A DNA stretch of 63,990 nt, the filler included, from Reclinomonas americana ATCC 50394 (lineage: Eukaryota): the NCBI GenBank assembly GCA_048213135.1. It is 16 parts of 16 records of this genome, joined end to end, with 100 filler letters (N's around TTAATTAATTAA, not from the genome) between each part and the next. Parts side by side here need not be neighbours in the genome. Positions count along the whole stretch, not along the records: positions 1 to 6,996 come from AFZH01021699.1; positions 7,097 to 8,593 come from AFZH01021702.1; positions 8,694 to 11,951 come from AFZH01021703.1; 13 more parts are not named here. One strand, 5' to 3'. The position numbers and the translations under genes were made by a program. Below the pieces are notes generated by a model. It ran no database searches and was not told the origin of the DNA. It worked only from the letters and a program-made list of their open reading frames with translations. Below are positions 1 through 11,805 of this stretch, one piece after another (the stretch's first letter is position 1; each line of letters starts with the position of its first letter).

Positions 1-2
1 CG

Positions 3-131
3 CCACCAGCGATGCCGTCGCAGGGTCGGGCGCGCAAGCTGGATCCGCCGGGATCGATGGTGCCGCGCCAGGTGGCGTGGGGTCTCTCTGGTGGCGATGG
101 GGCGAGCAGCAGCGGTGTGGCTGGCAAGTGA
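3..131 (+). CDS. Probable 3' end of an upstream gene (partial, unidentified)
   Basis: GC-rich open frame PPAMPSQGRARKLDPPGSMVPRQVAWGLSGGDGASSSGVAGK ends TGA at 129-131, followed by an AT-richer gap convergent with the next gene. No family recognised. Confidence 0.3.
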   Translation, partial: PPAMPSQGRARKLDPPGSMVPRQVAWGLSGGDGASSSGVAGK

Positions 132-184
132 TTGTTTGATGTGTGTGTAAAATCGAATGTGTGCTATTATTATGTTAATGGCGT

Positions 185-2211
185 TCACCACGAGAAGAAC
201 TCGAAGCGCACGCGTGAGGGAGGCACGCCGAAATCCTCACGCAGCAGCTTGGAGACGCCCTGCGTCATGATGGGCGGTCCGCACACGTAGAATCCGGTGT
301 GCGGCAGCTCGTCGGACGCGGGCATCACCTGCTGCAGCACGCCCTTGCTGACAAAGCCTTCGGCGAGGGTGGCCAGCGGAGGTGGCGTCGGGCAAGTGGA
401 CGACACTTGAGCGGTGTCCGTGAGGGCTCCCTTGGTGGAGAACAACAGGAGCAGGCGCAGCCAGCCGGCCTGGGTGCACTCGTCGAGAAGCTCAAACTGC
501 ATCAGATCGCGTCGGTCCTTGATGCCCCACACCAGGCGCACTGAGGGCGGGCGGAAACCCGGCTCGTGCCTCACTCGGTGGCGAATGTCGCGGAGAAGGG
601 CCAAGAATGGAGTGATGCCGACACCTGGCACAGAGAGGGCGAATGAGGAAACGCGGAAGAAAGTGGGGAAGGAGAAGCACACGAACCGCCAGCAATCATG
701 AGCACGTGTCGCTCGCGGTCGAGGTCGGGCACAAACACACCAAAGGGGCCTTCGACCAGCACCTCCATGCCCGGTCGCCAGTTTCGCACTCCCGGTGTGA
801 ACGAGCCGCCAGGCATCGATTTGATGGTGAACGAGAGATGCGCGCCGTCGCGAGGCGACGACGACACGGTGAAAGGATGCGGCTCGCTCCACTTGGGTCG
901 CATCCACCAGCGCCCCGGTGCCGTGTTGCGTGTGCGTACGATGCAGAACTGACCGGCCTGCCGTTGCAGCATGGGTGGTGGCGGTGTGCCAGTGGCGTGA
1001 TGCACCGTCTACTCTCCGCGTGCGATGAGGATCGACCAAAAAGCATGGAACGATGGAGACGCACGCAACTACGGTGGTGACATCGTACGTGTCGTGCTCT
1101 ACCTTGGACACCGACCATGTGGAGGCCGAGTCGCGACGCCAGCGGTCCAACAGACGCCATACGGTCGCTCCTCCAAACACGAGCGCCGTCGTCACCCACG
1201 CGACACGGCCGTACGCCTTGCGCTCCAAGCCCATGCCACGCGCATGTGCCAGTGCGCCAATGGCCACCGCGTAAAACGCGTAATGCGTGGGCTTCCACAC
1301 GTTCCACGGAATGAACCCCTGTGCGACACGATTGAGTTTGCTGCCCGGCACGTCTTGCCAGCTCACCCCCCTCACCACACACACCTGTTTTTGCGGCTTG
1401 CGCTGGTAGTAGGCCACCAGCGGCAGCAACATCATGCCGTACCAGGCGAGTCGGCCCCACTTGAGAGCCCGCAGACCGGGACCTCGCAAGCGAAACAGGT
1501 AATCCACCGGCTTGCCCCACGCCTTGTGAGCCACGTGCGCCATGACCAGCCCCACCGACCAGTACGCCATCTAATACCAAGCACGGGTGTGTCAGCAGTT
1601 GCAACTCGCGAGGAGAGACAGCACGCGCGATCGTCACCTGTCGATGCAACACCATGGTCCTATCGAAGCCAAACACGCGCTCCACGGCCGGAAACCGCGT
1701 TCCCAGCAGCGTTTGTGCGGCCATGAGCTGCGCAAGACAAGATCATATGAGTGACGGGCAGACATGAAGCAACCCGCGGCCAGACCAGCGCGCACCTCCA
1801 GAGACAAGAGGCCAGCCACATCGGCCACCACGCGCGGCCACGTATGTCGCGGCTGTCGTTTCCAAACTGCCATGACCACCGTGGCCACCAGTGGTGTGAC
1901 ACCCGCAGTCAGCAGCGTCGATCGGAGCAACGATCTGCATGCGAGTGAGTGAGACAAGCGAACAGAGTCACACAGTCACACACACACACAAACCGAAGGC
2001 GCGGTGACACAGGCAGCGAGTCGATCACTGGTATCCACATGTGCTCCGACGAGGAGGGCGAGGGTGGTGGCGCACACATGTCATATGGCGATCGGCGTTT
2101 CTTCGATGAGGCCGCCACAGATGCACACTGCAACGCGCATGTGTCATCATCATCATCAGCAGCAGGTGGATGCAGGTGCTGCTGCAGCACACGCGTGCGT
2201 TGCTGCCACAT
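185..2211 (-). CDS. Ferric reductase-like transmembrane + FAD/NAD(P)-binding oxidoreductase (FRD/NOX superfamily), multi-exon
   Basis: Joining short GT-AG introns gives TM segments with candidate heme His residues (VERVFGFDRTMVLHR, MAHVAHK, WKPTHY, LAHARG). These are followed by AGQF and HPFTVSS (FAD), VEGPFG and IAGG|VGITPF (NAD(P)), YVCGP and a C-terminal RFEFFSW. Start codon uncertain (2211 or ~2079). Confidence 0.85.
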
Positions 2212-2265
2212 GACAAGAGAGACACGACAACAAACAGGACGACGACAATGATCTAAGTGCGTGGT

Positions 2266-3470
2266 TCATTCGTGCTCCTGACGCTCACGCTCGCGCCACC
2301 GCAGCGTGCTCTCTCGCTGTCGCAGGTGGAACGGCAAAAAGTCGACAGCACCCGGCGTGAGATACGTCGGTTTGAGGTGCTCGGGCCGATTATCCTTGCG
2401 AATGTTCTTTTGCCGACTGCGCGTCTTGTGCTTCTTGCGCTTCTTCAGCAGCGGCTCGCCATTCTCCCCGCGCTCCTCGTCTGCACTGCTCGTCTTGCCG
2501 GCATCCGTGACCGTTGTTGTGGGAGGTGCCGGCGACGTGGCCTCCAGAAACACGCTGCTGTTGGCATACTCGTCGTGCGAGGTGTCGACGTCGGTGTTGC
2601 GGTGGCGATTGCGCTTGCGTTGCCGACGGCCCTCGACACCTCCAGCAGCAGCTGCGGCAATGTGCAATCGTGAGCCAAGTACATGCATGCATGCATGACG
2701 CAACGACGCAAACCACTATCGCCATTCGTCTCCGTCTTGACTGCTGCGGCGGGCGGTGGTGGTGGCGGTGGTGGCGCAGCTGCATCGTGCCCTGTCAGTC
2801 GCCACTCATCGCGCACACAACGCCACGCACGCAACTGTCGGCGACCGGAGCTGCAGGCGGCTTCATGCTCGCCGGCACCTTCATCGCCGCCGGCTTCATA
2901 TTCCCCGGCACCTTCATCGGCTTCGGTACTGCAGCAGCAGCCACCACCACCGGCGCACTCTCCACCACAGCAGCCGTCTTTGCCTTCTTCTTCTTCTTCT
3001 TCTTGGCCTCCTGAATGAGCGACTCACTCGCACCCCCGCCCTTCTTGATCATCGCAATCAGCTCGGAATACGAAGGCGTCGCCGACGACACTGCAGTCTT
3101 GCTGCGACTCTCCTCCGCCTCAAACACCTCACGTTGACGCCTCTACACACACGCACACAGTAAGCACCATGAGTGGCAACAACAACAACAGGAGCAACGT
3201 CACCTCCATCTGCTTCTCCTCCTCCTCGCGCTCCGCCCTGCGCTTCAACTTGGACGACAGACGCTGTGTGGCAGTCGCCACTGCCGAGTTCATCTGCGCC
3301 GTGTGCGGCACGTACTTTGCGCCGAGGCCGAGTCGCGGTGCACGCTGCTCGGCCACCGCCACAAACGCCTCTGCGGCCTCCTCCTCATCGCGAGTGGCAC
3401 TGGTGAGGCCGAGCGCTTGCTCCACGATGCTGCGTGCCTTGCCTGAGGCGAACACGCGCGCCTCTTCCAT
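2266..3470 (-). CDS. Basic/low-complexity, likely nuclear protein (DUF3245-like PRLGLGA motif), ~4 exons
   Basis: ATG at 3470 (MEEARVF...APRLGLGAKYVPH). Spliced exons give EESRSK, a poly-Lys tract and C-terminal KTRSRQKNIRKDNRPEHLKP. Head-to-head with the V-ATPase d gene (138 bp between ATGs). Family call from motif memory only. Confidence 0.6.
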
Positions 3471-3608
3471 CTTGTTGACAGTGATGCAGTGGTGTGCGAA
3501 ATTACACACAATCGCAATCACACAGAGTGAGCAGAGAGCGCGTCTGTGTGTTGCATCACCTATTCTTGTCTTTTTGTTGTTGACTTGTTTGTGTGTGTGT
3601 GAGTAGGC

Positions 3609-5806
3609 ATGTCGTGGGGTGAGTTGACGCTGTGGAACGCGCAAGACGCGTACTGTGATGGCATTGTGCGTGGCTACAAGGGCGGGCTGCTGTTTGAGCG
3701 TGACTATGAGAACCTGACGCAGGCGCCCAACCTCGAAGGTGCTGTATGTGTGTGTGTGAGAGAGAGAAGATGGGAGAGAGGGAGGAGGGAGGGAGGGAGC
3801 AGGAGAAGAGTGTATGTCTCTCTCTCTCTCTGCCTCTGTTCGTTCTCTCTCACTCAGCTCAAGAGCGTGTGTGTGTGCGTGTATGAGAGAGAGAGAGAGA
3901 GCACAGGAGGGAGCAGGAGAGAGCAGGAGAGAGAGCGTGCGCAACGGAATGCATGCATTCCTCTCTCTCCTCGTCCCTTCTGCCCTCCTCTCTCTCTCTC
4001 CTCGTCCCTTCTCGCCCTCGTCTCTCTCTATCTCCTCTCCCTCCTCTCTCTCTCCTCCTCTCTCTCTCTCTCTCTCGCGTGCTGTGTTGCAGTTGGATCC
4101 GTGTTGCACTGGCATGTTTGATCATCTCCTCTGCGCTCTCTCGTGCGCCTCGTGTCTCTATGTGTGTGTGTCTCGCGCGCGCTTAGTGCCGTGCTTGTGC
4201 AAGGCGCCTGTGCAGTGTATGGCAAGAGAGCAAGAGAGGCTTGGGCATGGGCATGGCCATGTCACTCACACACTCGCACGCACGCACGCAGACGTGCGCA
4301 TTCACTTGTCTGGCACCGACTATGGCACATTCTTGCAAGCGGAAGGCATGCTGGCGCCGTCCATTATTCGCGATCGCGCCATTGACACAATGGTCTTGTG
4401 TCATTTCTCTGATTGCTGTTGTCTCCTCCCTGGAGAGTGTCGCTCACTCGGCGGTGCTCAGGTCAAGGAGTTCAACTACCTGCGCGGCAATGCGGGGCAG
4501 ACACTGGATGCGTTCCTTGACTACATCCAGCACGGCTACATGATTGACAATGTGATTTTGATCCTCACCGGCACCATTCACGATCGGCGACTGGAGGAGT
4601 TGCTGACCAAGTGCCACCCGCTCGGTCTGTTCGAGTCGCTTGGCGCTGCCTCGCTGGCGCAGTCACCAGAGGAGCTGTATCACACTGTGCTCATCGACAC
4701 TCCTGTCGGCAAGTACTTCTCCAAGAAGTGCTTTGAGTTTGCCAGCTTGGCCGAGAGCAATCTGGAAGTTGCGCACACCGCCACTGCTCCCCGCGATGAG
4801 AAGGCGGGACGTGTTGTGGTGACAGTTTTTTGTGCGTGTGTTTGGCAGGTCATTCGCCAGCAGCTGTACAAGCACTACCTCGAGGACTTCTTCGATTTCT
4901 GCATGGACATTGGCGGCACCACTGCCGAGGTGATGCGCAAGATTCTCGAGTTCGAGGCCGACCGACGATCCATCAACATTACGGTGAGAGAGAGGGGGGA
5001 AGGGAGAAGGGCACACGTCATTGCTGCTTGCAACCTGAGAAAGACTCACACCTTGGTGAACAGTTGAATGCCTCCCAGACGGAGCTGCAAAAGGACGATC
5101 GGTGGGTGGCGCTCGAAATGTGCCGTTGTGCGAGATCATGAGCTGATCATACCGTGCTCCACGTGTGTGTTTGCGTGTGTGTGTGCAGGCAAGAGCTGTA
5201 CCCCACCATTGGTCTGCTGTACCCGTTCGGCCACCAGACGCTGTTGGACGATGTGCGTGACGAGGGCAGCTTGATGATTGCGCTGGACACGACGCTGGTG
5301 AGTGTGGGTGGGGAAGAGAGGAGCAAAGCAGAGCAGGGTGATACTGGGGGCGAGAGAGAGCCAAGAGGGTGTGTGAATGACTGGGGAGTGGTCGCAGAAG
5401 GTCGAGAGAATAGTCCAATAAGCGCCCACGTGGTTACTGATACCTGTGCTCTGTTTCTCTCTTCGACCCGCGCAGAAGGACTACCAGCACGTGCTGGCCA
5501 GCACACATGGCGTGGAGGGCGCAATCGAGGATGCGTTCACCCGCTACGAAATCCAGCTGCTGCAGGAGGCATTCGACCAACAGTTCCACTACGGAGTCTT
5601 CTACAGCTACTTCCGCCTGAAGGAGCAGGAGATCCGCAACATCACCCTCATTTGCGAGGTTTGTGGCTCACTCAGGTATCCCTTCCTCTGATATTCGCTC
5701 TCTCACCATCGGATTTTTCGATCCACACACACAGTGCATCCAGCAAGGAAACCGCGCCCGCATCCACAACTACATCAAGACGCAGGAGTTGGCTGGCAAG
5801 AAGTGA
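3609..5806 (+). CDS. ATP6V0D: V-type proton ATPase V0 subunit d, 8 exons
   Basis: Exons ~3609-3738, 4292-4392, 4462-4767, 4849-4983, 5064-5101, 5189-5297, 5476-5658 and 5735-5806 join in frame. Motifs: [82 protein letters not shown]. Confidence 0.96.
3745..4080. repeat. GA/CT microsatellite tracts inside V-ATPase intron 1
   Basis: (GA)n-rich tracts followed by complementary (CT)n-rich tracts. Confidence 0.85.
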
Positions 5807-6028
5807 TGTGCTTGTGTGTGTTTTTGTTGGTGTGTTGTGTGTGTTGTTTTGCTGGACGGTTTTTCCTCCCCTCTTTGTCATTCATTGTCTTTTTCCATTC
5901 TCGTCACTGACGAGCATGCCGAATGAACATGTGGCGGTGGGTGTGTACGATGGCGTCTTCACATTAGGTGTTATGTACAACTTCATTAGGTGACTATGTA
6001 CAAGCGGATTCCGATTGGTTGTTGATGC

Positions 6029-6996
6029 TCACTGCGGAGGGCGGTACATGATGCTGGTGCCCTGGTGCGTCGTGAACCTCACGCCAGTGTTGTCCTCGAT
6101 GATGCGGCCCAGAGGGCGCGATGCCAGGTCACGCTCAAACTGCGTCAGCGATCCCGGCCACTCGTAGAAGAAGCGATCGCCGGCCTTCAGCATCGCAAAC
6201 TGCTGCACGAGGATCGCCCGGAACGTCTCGCCGACCATGCCACCGGCCACATGCGGCTCCGCCAGCCCGCCCACCCACAGATCCACCATCTCAATGTCGC
6301 CATTGTAGGCCGCCGCCAGCTGCGCCGCCACCACCACATCGCCGCCCGTAATGTCGGTGAAGAGTGCACGCGCAGGCAGGCCGAGGCGACGACGAGTCTG
6401 GTTGTAGGTGGTGAGGCCGTGGTCGCGACCGCGCTGAATGTTGAGGGCGGCCAGGTCGAGGCCACGCGCCAGGCCCGGCACGTGCTCAAACAGCATGTTG
6501 CGCACGCCGTCGGCAATGTGAATGTCGACCTCCTCGCTCGGGTAGTTGGCCAGGCCGCGCAGCACCGGATCCACGCCGTGCGTCAGGATCTCGGTGGCAT
6601 CGAAGAAGAAGTCGGCAAGCGACGGCTCACGCGGCTCCGGGTCCGCCTCGTCCATCAGCGGCAGCGCATCGCTCAGCATCGTGTGGCCGACGCGGTATGC
6701 CGCAGCCGCAAACTCGTTGCTGATGGTGGCATCGGCGTTGGAGTTGTATGCCTTGATCCTGTCGAACGGCGTGCAGTCGCCCAGCAGCACCGGCAGGAAC
6801 TCCTTGTAGGTGATGCGTTGCATCTCGGCGCCCACAATGCGACGAGCGCGCTGGTACACAATCTCGTCCTTTGTCACCGCGTCCGTCATGGCCGCCAGCT
6901 GCGCATCGTTACGCAAGATAATGTCGCACAGCTGGTTGTGTTCGCGCACAAACACCGTGTGCATGGCGGTGAGGCCGGACTGCTCGTTGACGCGAA
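6029..6996 (-). CDS. Heme peroxidase (peroxidase-cyclooxygenase / 'animal' heme peroxidase family), 5'-truncated by gap
   Basis: RVNE (distal Arg), MHTVFVREHN, EIVYQRARRIVGAEMQRITYKEFLP, NEFAAAAYRVGHT (proximal His), GLDLAALNIQRGRDHG, DLWVGGLAE, GDRFFYE. No introns over ~970 nt. Confidence 0.95.
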
Positions 6997-7096
6997 NNNN
7001 NNNNNNNNNNNNNNNNNNNNNNNNNNNNNNNNNNNNNNNNTTAATTAATTAANNNNNNNNNNNNNNNNNNNNNNNNNNNNNNNNNNNNNNNNNNNN
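6997..7096. other. Artificial contig linker (first of 15)
   Basis: N-run + TTAATTAATTAA (stops in all six frames) + N-run. Recurs starting at 8594, 11952, 14682, 17275, 20323, 22634, 26559, 28683, 35169, 43102, 50052, 52014, 56967 and 62797. Confidence 0.99.
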
Positions 7097-7124
7097 CCAC
7101 CTTTCAGATAATTGCAACCTGCAG

Positions 7125-10100
7125 ATGGGTGAACTCTGTGGCGTCGCTCTGGTGGATGCTGTTGAGAGACCACTGATTGTCGTGGACGAACGCGGGTATT
7201 CGGAGGTGAATTTCGTTGCACATTGTTTGTACGCTTTTTGCTGCTGTGGTCGATGCTCACTCGGTTTGTGTGTGACAGGAATCGTGGGGAAAACTGCCAC
7301 TCCATAGCAAGACAAGAGCAATCAACATCTGGCGCTTGTCACGCAAGCCATGACTGCGCTCCGTGAGTGTCGTGGTCTCATGGTTGCACTGCTTCGAGAC
7401 AAGTGTCTCTCAGAGACCGAGGTATCACGCGCCATCACGTGGTGTCAGTCGAAAGGTCTGTATTCTGCTGAGACTGGTGCCGTTACACAAGTCACACGAC
7501 GCAGTGACAGGTATTGCAGAATCTGCAGGGACGATGACGATGGACGATGGGAGGGAGGAAGGCGATGGAGGTGAGGGCGACGACGAAGATGAAGGCGATG
7601 ATGCAGACATGGTACGCAGAGGACAGATGATGATTGCGTCGCACCCAGTCAGACATTGATGCCTCGCGTTCACAGGTGGATATGAGCAGCAACGATGAGG
7701 AAGAATCAAAGCCGAGTAAGGTTTGGATTGTTCACGGTGGCACGTCGGCGGCGAAGGAGGCAGACTTGTTGATTGTGGATGATGTGTGGTGTATGCGATT
7801 GCAGCGCGGCAAGTGTGGCCGTCGTGCACTCACTGAAGACTTGAGCGAGGGCGAGCAATCGATACTGAACAGACTCCTAGTTGCGTGTACATGTCCGCAA
7901 CATCGAAGTATGGCTTCTTGGCATTGTCATATCTAGTGCACGTGCTCATGGCACCGGTCGTACTGCGTGCAGCGATGTAACAGGAAGATGTTACTGGTGA
8001 AGGCATTCGGTTTCATGGCTCCTTTCGTAATGAGATCCACGGTTCTTCATCATCGGCGCGTTCTCGTTGACCTCGCATGCAAGAAGTGTGTAATTCCGTC
8101 ATCGGGAGCGGGCAGCCCATCGTCGACGGTCTTGGATCTTTTGAGCAGGAGTCTGTGGTACACTGTCCAGAACGCACGCAGCAAGACGCCCAAATCAGTT
8201 GAAGGAGCTCTCCAGTGCATGAGCAAGTTCATCGAGGTGAGCATGATCATGAGTCAGTGCCGTTTCAGTTCACACGACTGAAACGTGCATGTGTGACGTG
8301 CAGAAGAGTGATCTGCATGGCGATGCTCTGGTGGATGCCATTGAGAGGCCTCTGGTGTTGGTGGACATTCGCGGTTACTCCGAGGTGTGATATCCCTCTG
8401 TCATGTATGCCACTGTTCAATGTGCATTTGCATACTTACTTTCCGTGCGTTCTTTGGATAGGAATCGTCGCAGCTTCCGAGAATGCAACACAACAAGCAG
8501 AGTCCTCTCGTGCCGTTTGTCACGCAGGCAGTGGAGGCACTCCACAACTGCCCTTCGCTGCTTGCCACTCTGCTTGGAGACGGCTGTCTCTCCNNNNNNN
8601 NNNNNNNNNNNNNNNNNNNNNNNNNNNNNNNNNNNNNTTAATTAATTAANNNNNNNNNNNNNNNNNNNNNNNNNNNNNNNNNNNNNNNNNNNNGTGGCGG
8701 ACATTGCACATGCCACCGAGTGGTACACAAAATCTGAACGAGGTTTGATGGCGTCGATTGCGTTTACTGCGTCTGAATCAATGTTGAAGTGCAAGATGCA
8801 GCTGTGATGGCGGTGACAGTGGTGAAAAAAGAAGAAATGAAGGTGGAGGAGGAGAGTGAGGATGATTCGGAGGACGGCAGCGAAGATGGGGACATTGACA
8901 AGAAGAGAAGCAAGGTATTCGTGTGGATGGTGAGGTGAGGTGCATGCTGCATACAGCACTTATTCGTGTGTCTGTCACAGCGACGCGGGAATGGTCCGGT
9001 GATCCTGAGCGTGGACGAGCAACTGGTGCTGGCAAGACTGCTTGTTGCGTGTGTTGGTGAATGATTCATTCTATGCTTTCCTGTGGGTCATTGCGCCACT
9101 TTCGTCTCCCATGTAGAGTTGCAACAAGAAGAAGCTGCTGGTGCAGACATTCGGCATCATGGCCATTTGTGCAGTGCCTTCCACAGTGGCACACCATCAA
9201 CGCGTCCTTGTTGACCTCGCATGCAAGGAGTGCGGGATTCCATCAGCGGGAGCCGGCAGCCCGTCATCTGCAGTCATGGATTCATTCGGCAAGAGCCTTG
9301 GCCGTGTTGCTGAGAAGGCACGCAGCAAGACCCCCAAGTCGGTTGACGGAGTTCTCCAGTGCATGAGCAAGTTCATCGAGGTGTGCATGTGTCAGTTGTC
9401 CATGTCATATTTCATCTGAACTGAAAACCATTATCCCTGCATGTGTGTGTGGAATCTGCAGAAGAGTGAACTGCTTGGCGATGATCGGGCGGAAGCCGTT
9501 GAGAGGCCTCTGGTGTTGGTGGACGTACGTGGGTATTCGGAGGTGTGTCGTCTCTCCATCGTGTGTTATGCAGTCTGCACATTCCTCATGTTTCGTGGGA
9601 TTCGAATGACAGGAATCGTGGAACCTGCCGACTACAAGGCCCCACGTACAGAGACCTCTGCTACCGTTCGTCTCGCAGGCAGTGAAGGCCCTCCACAACT
9701 GCCCTTCTCTGCTGGCCACTCTGTTTCGAGACGGCTGTCTCTCCGAGGCGGACGTTGCACGTGCCGTCGAGTGGTGCGAGGAAAGAGGTTGAATACGTGA
9801 CTTTCTTCTCTAATGTTGTGCATGTAAGTGCTGACAAGCAAGCGACAGCTGAGCAAGACAATGGTAAAGGCGATGACAGCGAGCAGGAAGATGAAGACAT
9901 GGAAGGAAATGGGAGAAGCAAGGTATGCTGGTCACTGCAGTTGGTTCGCATGTCATTCGAGGCAGGCGAGTTTCTCTTCTCTGTTTCATTCATTGTGTTC
10001 ACAGCGCCGCAAGAGTAGCACGGTGAAGCTGAGCGATGACGAACATCTAGTGCTGACGAGACTGCTTGTTGCGTGATGCTGCACGATGCTGAGTGTGGTC

Positions 10101-11138
10101 AACAACTGATCACTGCCCACCCACCCATCACACTTGCAAGCAGAGCTGCAACAGGAAGAAGATACTGGTTAAAGCGTTTGGTGTCATGGCGCCCGCGGTT
10201 ATGCCATCCGCTATTCAACATCATCGGCGCATTCTCTGTCAACTTGCCTGCGACGACTGTGGAATACCGTCGGAGGGACCGGGCTGCCCATCATCTGCTG
10301 TCATTTCTGCATTCGGCAAGAAGCTTAGGATGTCTACTGAGAAGGCACGTAGTGCCACACGCAAGTCAGTCGAGGGCATGCTCGAGCGCATGAGCAACTA
10401 CATCGAGGTGAGAGCTTGAATGAGTTTTGGGTCCGAATAATGGCGAGCCTGGTGACTGACCCCAAGTCGACTTCCACCGATCACCAGAAAAGCGGTCTTC
10501 TTGGAGCCGTGCTAGCAGATGCTGTCGAGAGACCACTGATTGTGATTGACGAAAATGGTCACTCCGAGGCATGTGAACAGTGGCTACTTAGTGTGCGCTG
10601 CTGTACATGTGCACCTATGATTGGCTGACTTGTGGTGGCATATGAGGAATCCGCAATGTTGCCGAACGTCAGCGGCAAGCCCAACGTTTTGTTGCCGTTT
10701 GTCACACAGGCCGCGCAAGCCCTCCGCACTTGCTCCGGTCTGTTGGCTGCCCTGTTGCGCAATGGTTGTCTCGCGTGGGAGGAGATTGAGCATGCAGGTG
10801 CGTGAGAAGGAAGAAGGCCTGCTGTTGTTGCATGTTGTTTTTGTATCAGCACTGACGAGCATGCGCATGATGCAGTGCTGTGTGTTGAGGAGAAGATGAA
10901 GATGACAGTGGACAAGGAAGAGCAGGATGAGAGTGATGGCGATGACGAGAAGGGTGACATGCGGAGCAAGCGATTCAAGGTGAAGAAGGAGGCGGTGGAG
11001 GACGGGGAAGACAAGGTCATGCGGAGCGAGCGAATGATGGTGAAGGAGGAAGACGAAATGGAAGCGCGGACACTGCCGTGGGTGGGCGATGATATGCCAG
11101 CACCGGTGCGTGATGAGGGAGAGGGGCTGAGTGGCTGA
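7125..11138 (+). CDS. Orphan multi-exon gene of ~3.5 tandem ~190-aa modules with acidic linkers (partly degenerate)
   Basis: Recurring exon set LSxxEQxxLxRLLVA | CN(R/K)KxxLVKAFGxMAP...HHRRVLVDLAC..C.IPS.G.GSPSS...ARSKTPKSVEG.LQCMSKFIE | ...AVERPLxxVDxRGYSE | ES..LP...LPFVTQA..AL..C..LLA.L.RDGCLS. Copies at ~7125-7455 (partial, frameshifted), ~7800-8742, ~8980-9788 and ~10003-10797, with the same intron positions. Confidence 0.7.
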
Positions 11139-11444
11139 GAGAGAATGAGAGTTGTCCCGTGGTCAACGCAGTGAGATTGATGGTATTGTGTAGAAGAAGA
11201 AGAGGTGGATGGGGTACAAAGGCGAAATGCGCAGTTGTTGAAGTGCTGCAGGGGAATGTGCGTTGCAAATGGAATACTTGTCACGTAGCTGATTGATGTG
11301 CATGTTCTTGCAGAGGGTTGGACTGCAACGTGCAAACGAGTGAAGAATGACAAGGTTGATGCCAGCGAGAAATGAATTGGTGGGAGGACACTAATTACAA
11401 ACACTTCATACGCCACACTGCAATAATGCGACAAATGTCCACAA

Positions 11445-11570
11445 ATCAACAACACAGCTGCATGATGATCACCATCTTGAGTGAGCACCAGCAACTCAGA
11501 CATCACGGAAAAAGTCGAGATGGCTCTTGCTGGCGTTTCTGTAAGAGAAACCACGGCGCGCTCATGACAG
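11445..11570 (+). repeat. Dispersed repeat segment A (direct copy at ~22765-22900)
   Basis: CAACACAGCTGCATGATGATCACC...AACTCAGACATCACG.AAAA...GTCGAGATGGCT...CGTTTCTG.AAGAGAAACCACGG...CTCATGACA is shared by both loci. Confidence 0.85.
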
Positions 11571-11642
11571 GCACGGATCCTACGTAGAAACTTCCGGATC
11601 CCTCGAGCTCCCTTCGGACTGTTTAGATTTATAATCGCATGA

Positions 11643-11798
11643 AAGAGCATGGGACTGTAAGTGTTCTGATATCCCAGGGTCGAGGGTTGGCAGGCATCAA
11701 AAAAATAAAATAAAATAAAAAACAAAAAAGAAGGTCCGAAGGGAGGGAATTGAACCCTCGACCCTGGGATATCAGAACACTTACAGTCCCATGCTCTT
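11643..11798. repeat. Perfect 46-bp inverted repeat derived from intron-containing tRNA-Tyr (arms 11643-11688 and 11753-11798)
   Basis: AAGAGCATGGGACTGTAAGTGTTCTGATATCCCAGGGTCGAGGGTT and its exact reverse complement, separated by a 64-nt A-rich spacer. Confidence 0.95.
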
Positions 11799-11805
11799 CC
11801 ATTGA
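11735..11805 (-). pseudogene. 5'-truncated tRNA-Tyr(GTA) with intron
   Basis: Minus strand reads TCAATGGAAGAGC-A-TGGGA-CTGTAA-[GTGTTCTGAT]-A-TCCCA-GGGTC-GAGGG-TTCAATT-CCCTC-CCTTCGG-A, then T-runs. The first ~11 nt (5' acceptor strand and start of A-box) are replaced by AT-rich sequence. Confidence 0.85.

Noticed and set aside
6065..7048. Long antisense ORFs opposite the peroxidase, ankyrin, M36 and WD40 exons
   Set aside because: Shadow ORFs caused by GC-rich codon usage.
7041..7052. Recurrent TTAATTAATTAA palindrome flanked by Ns
   Set aside because: Assembly linker with six-frame stops; not biological.
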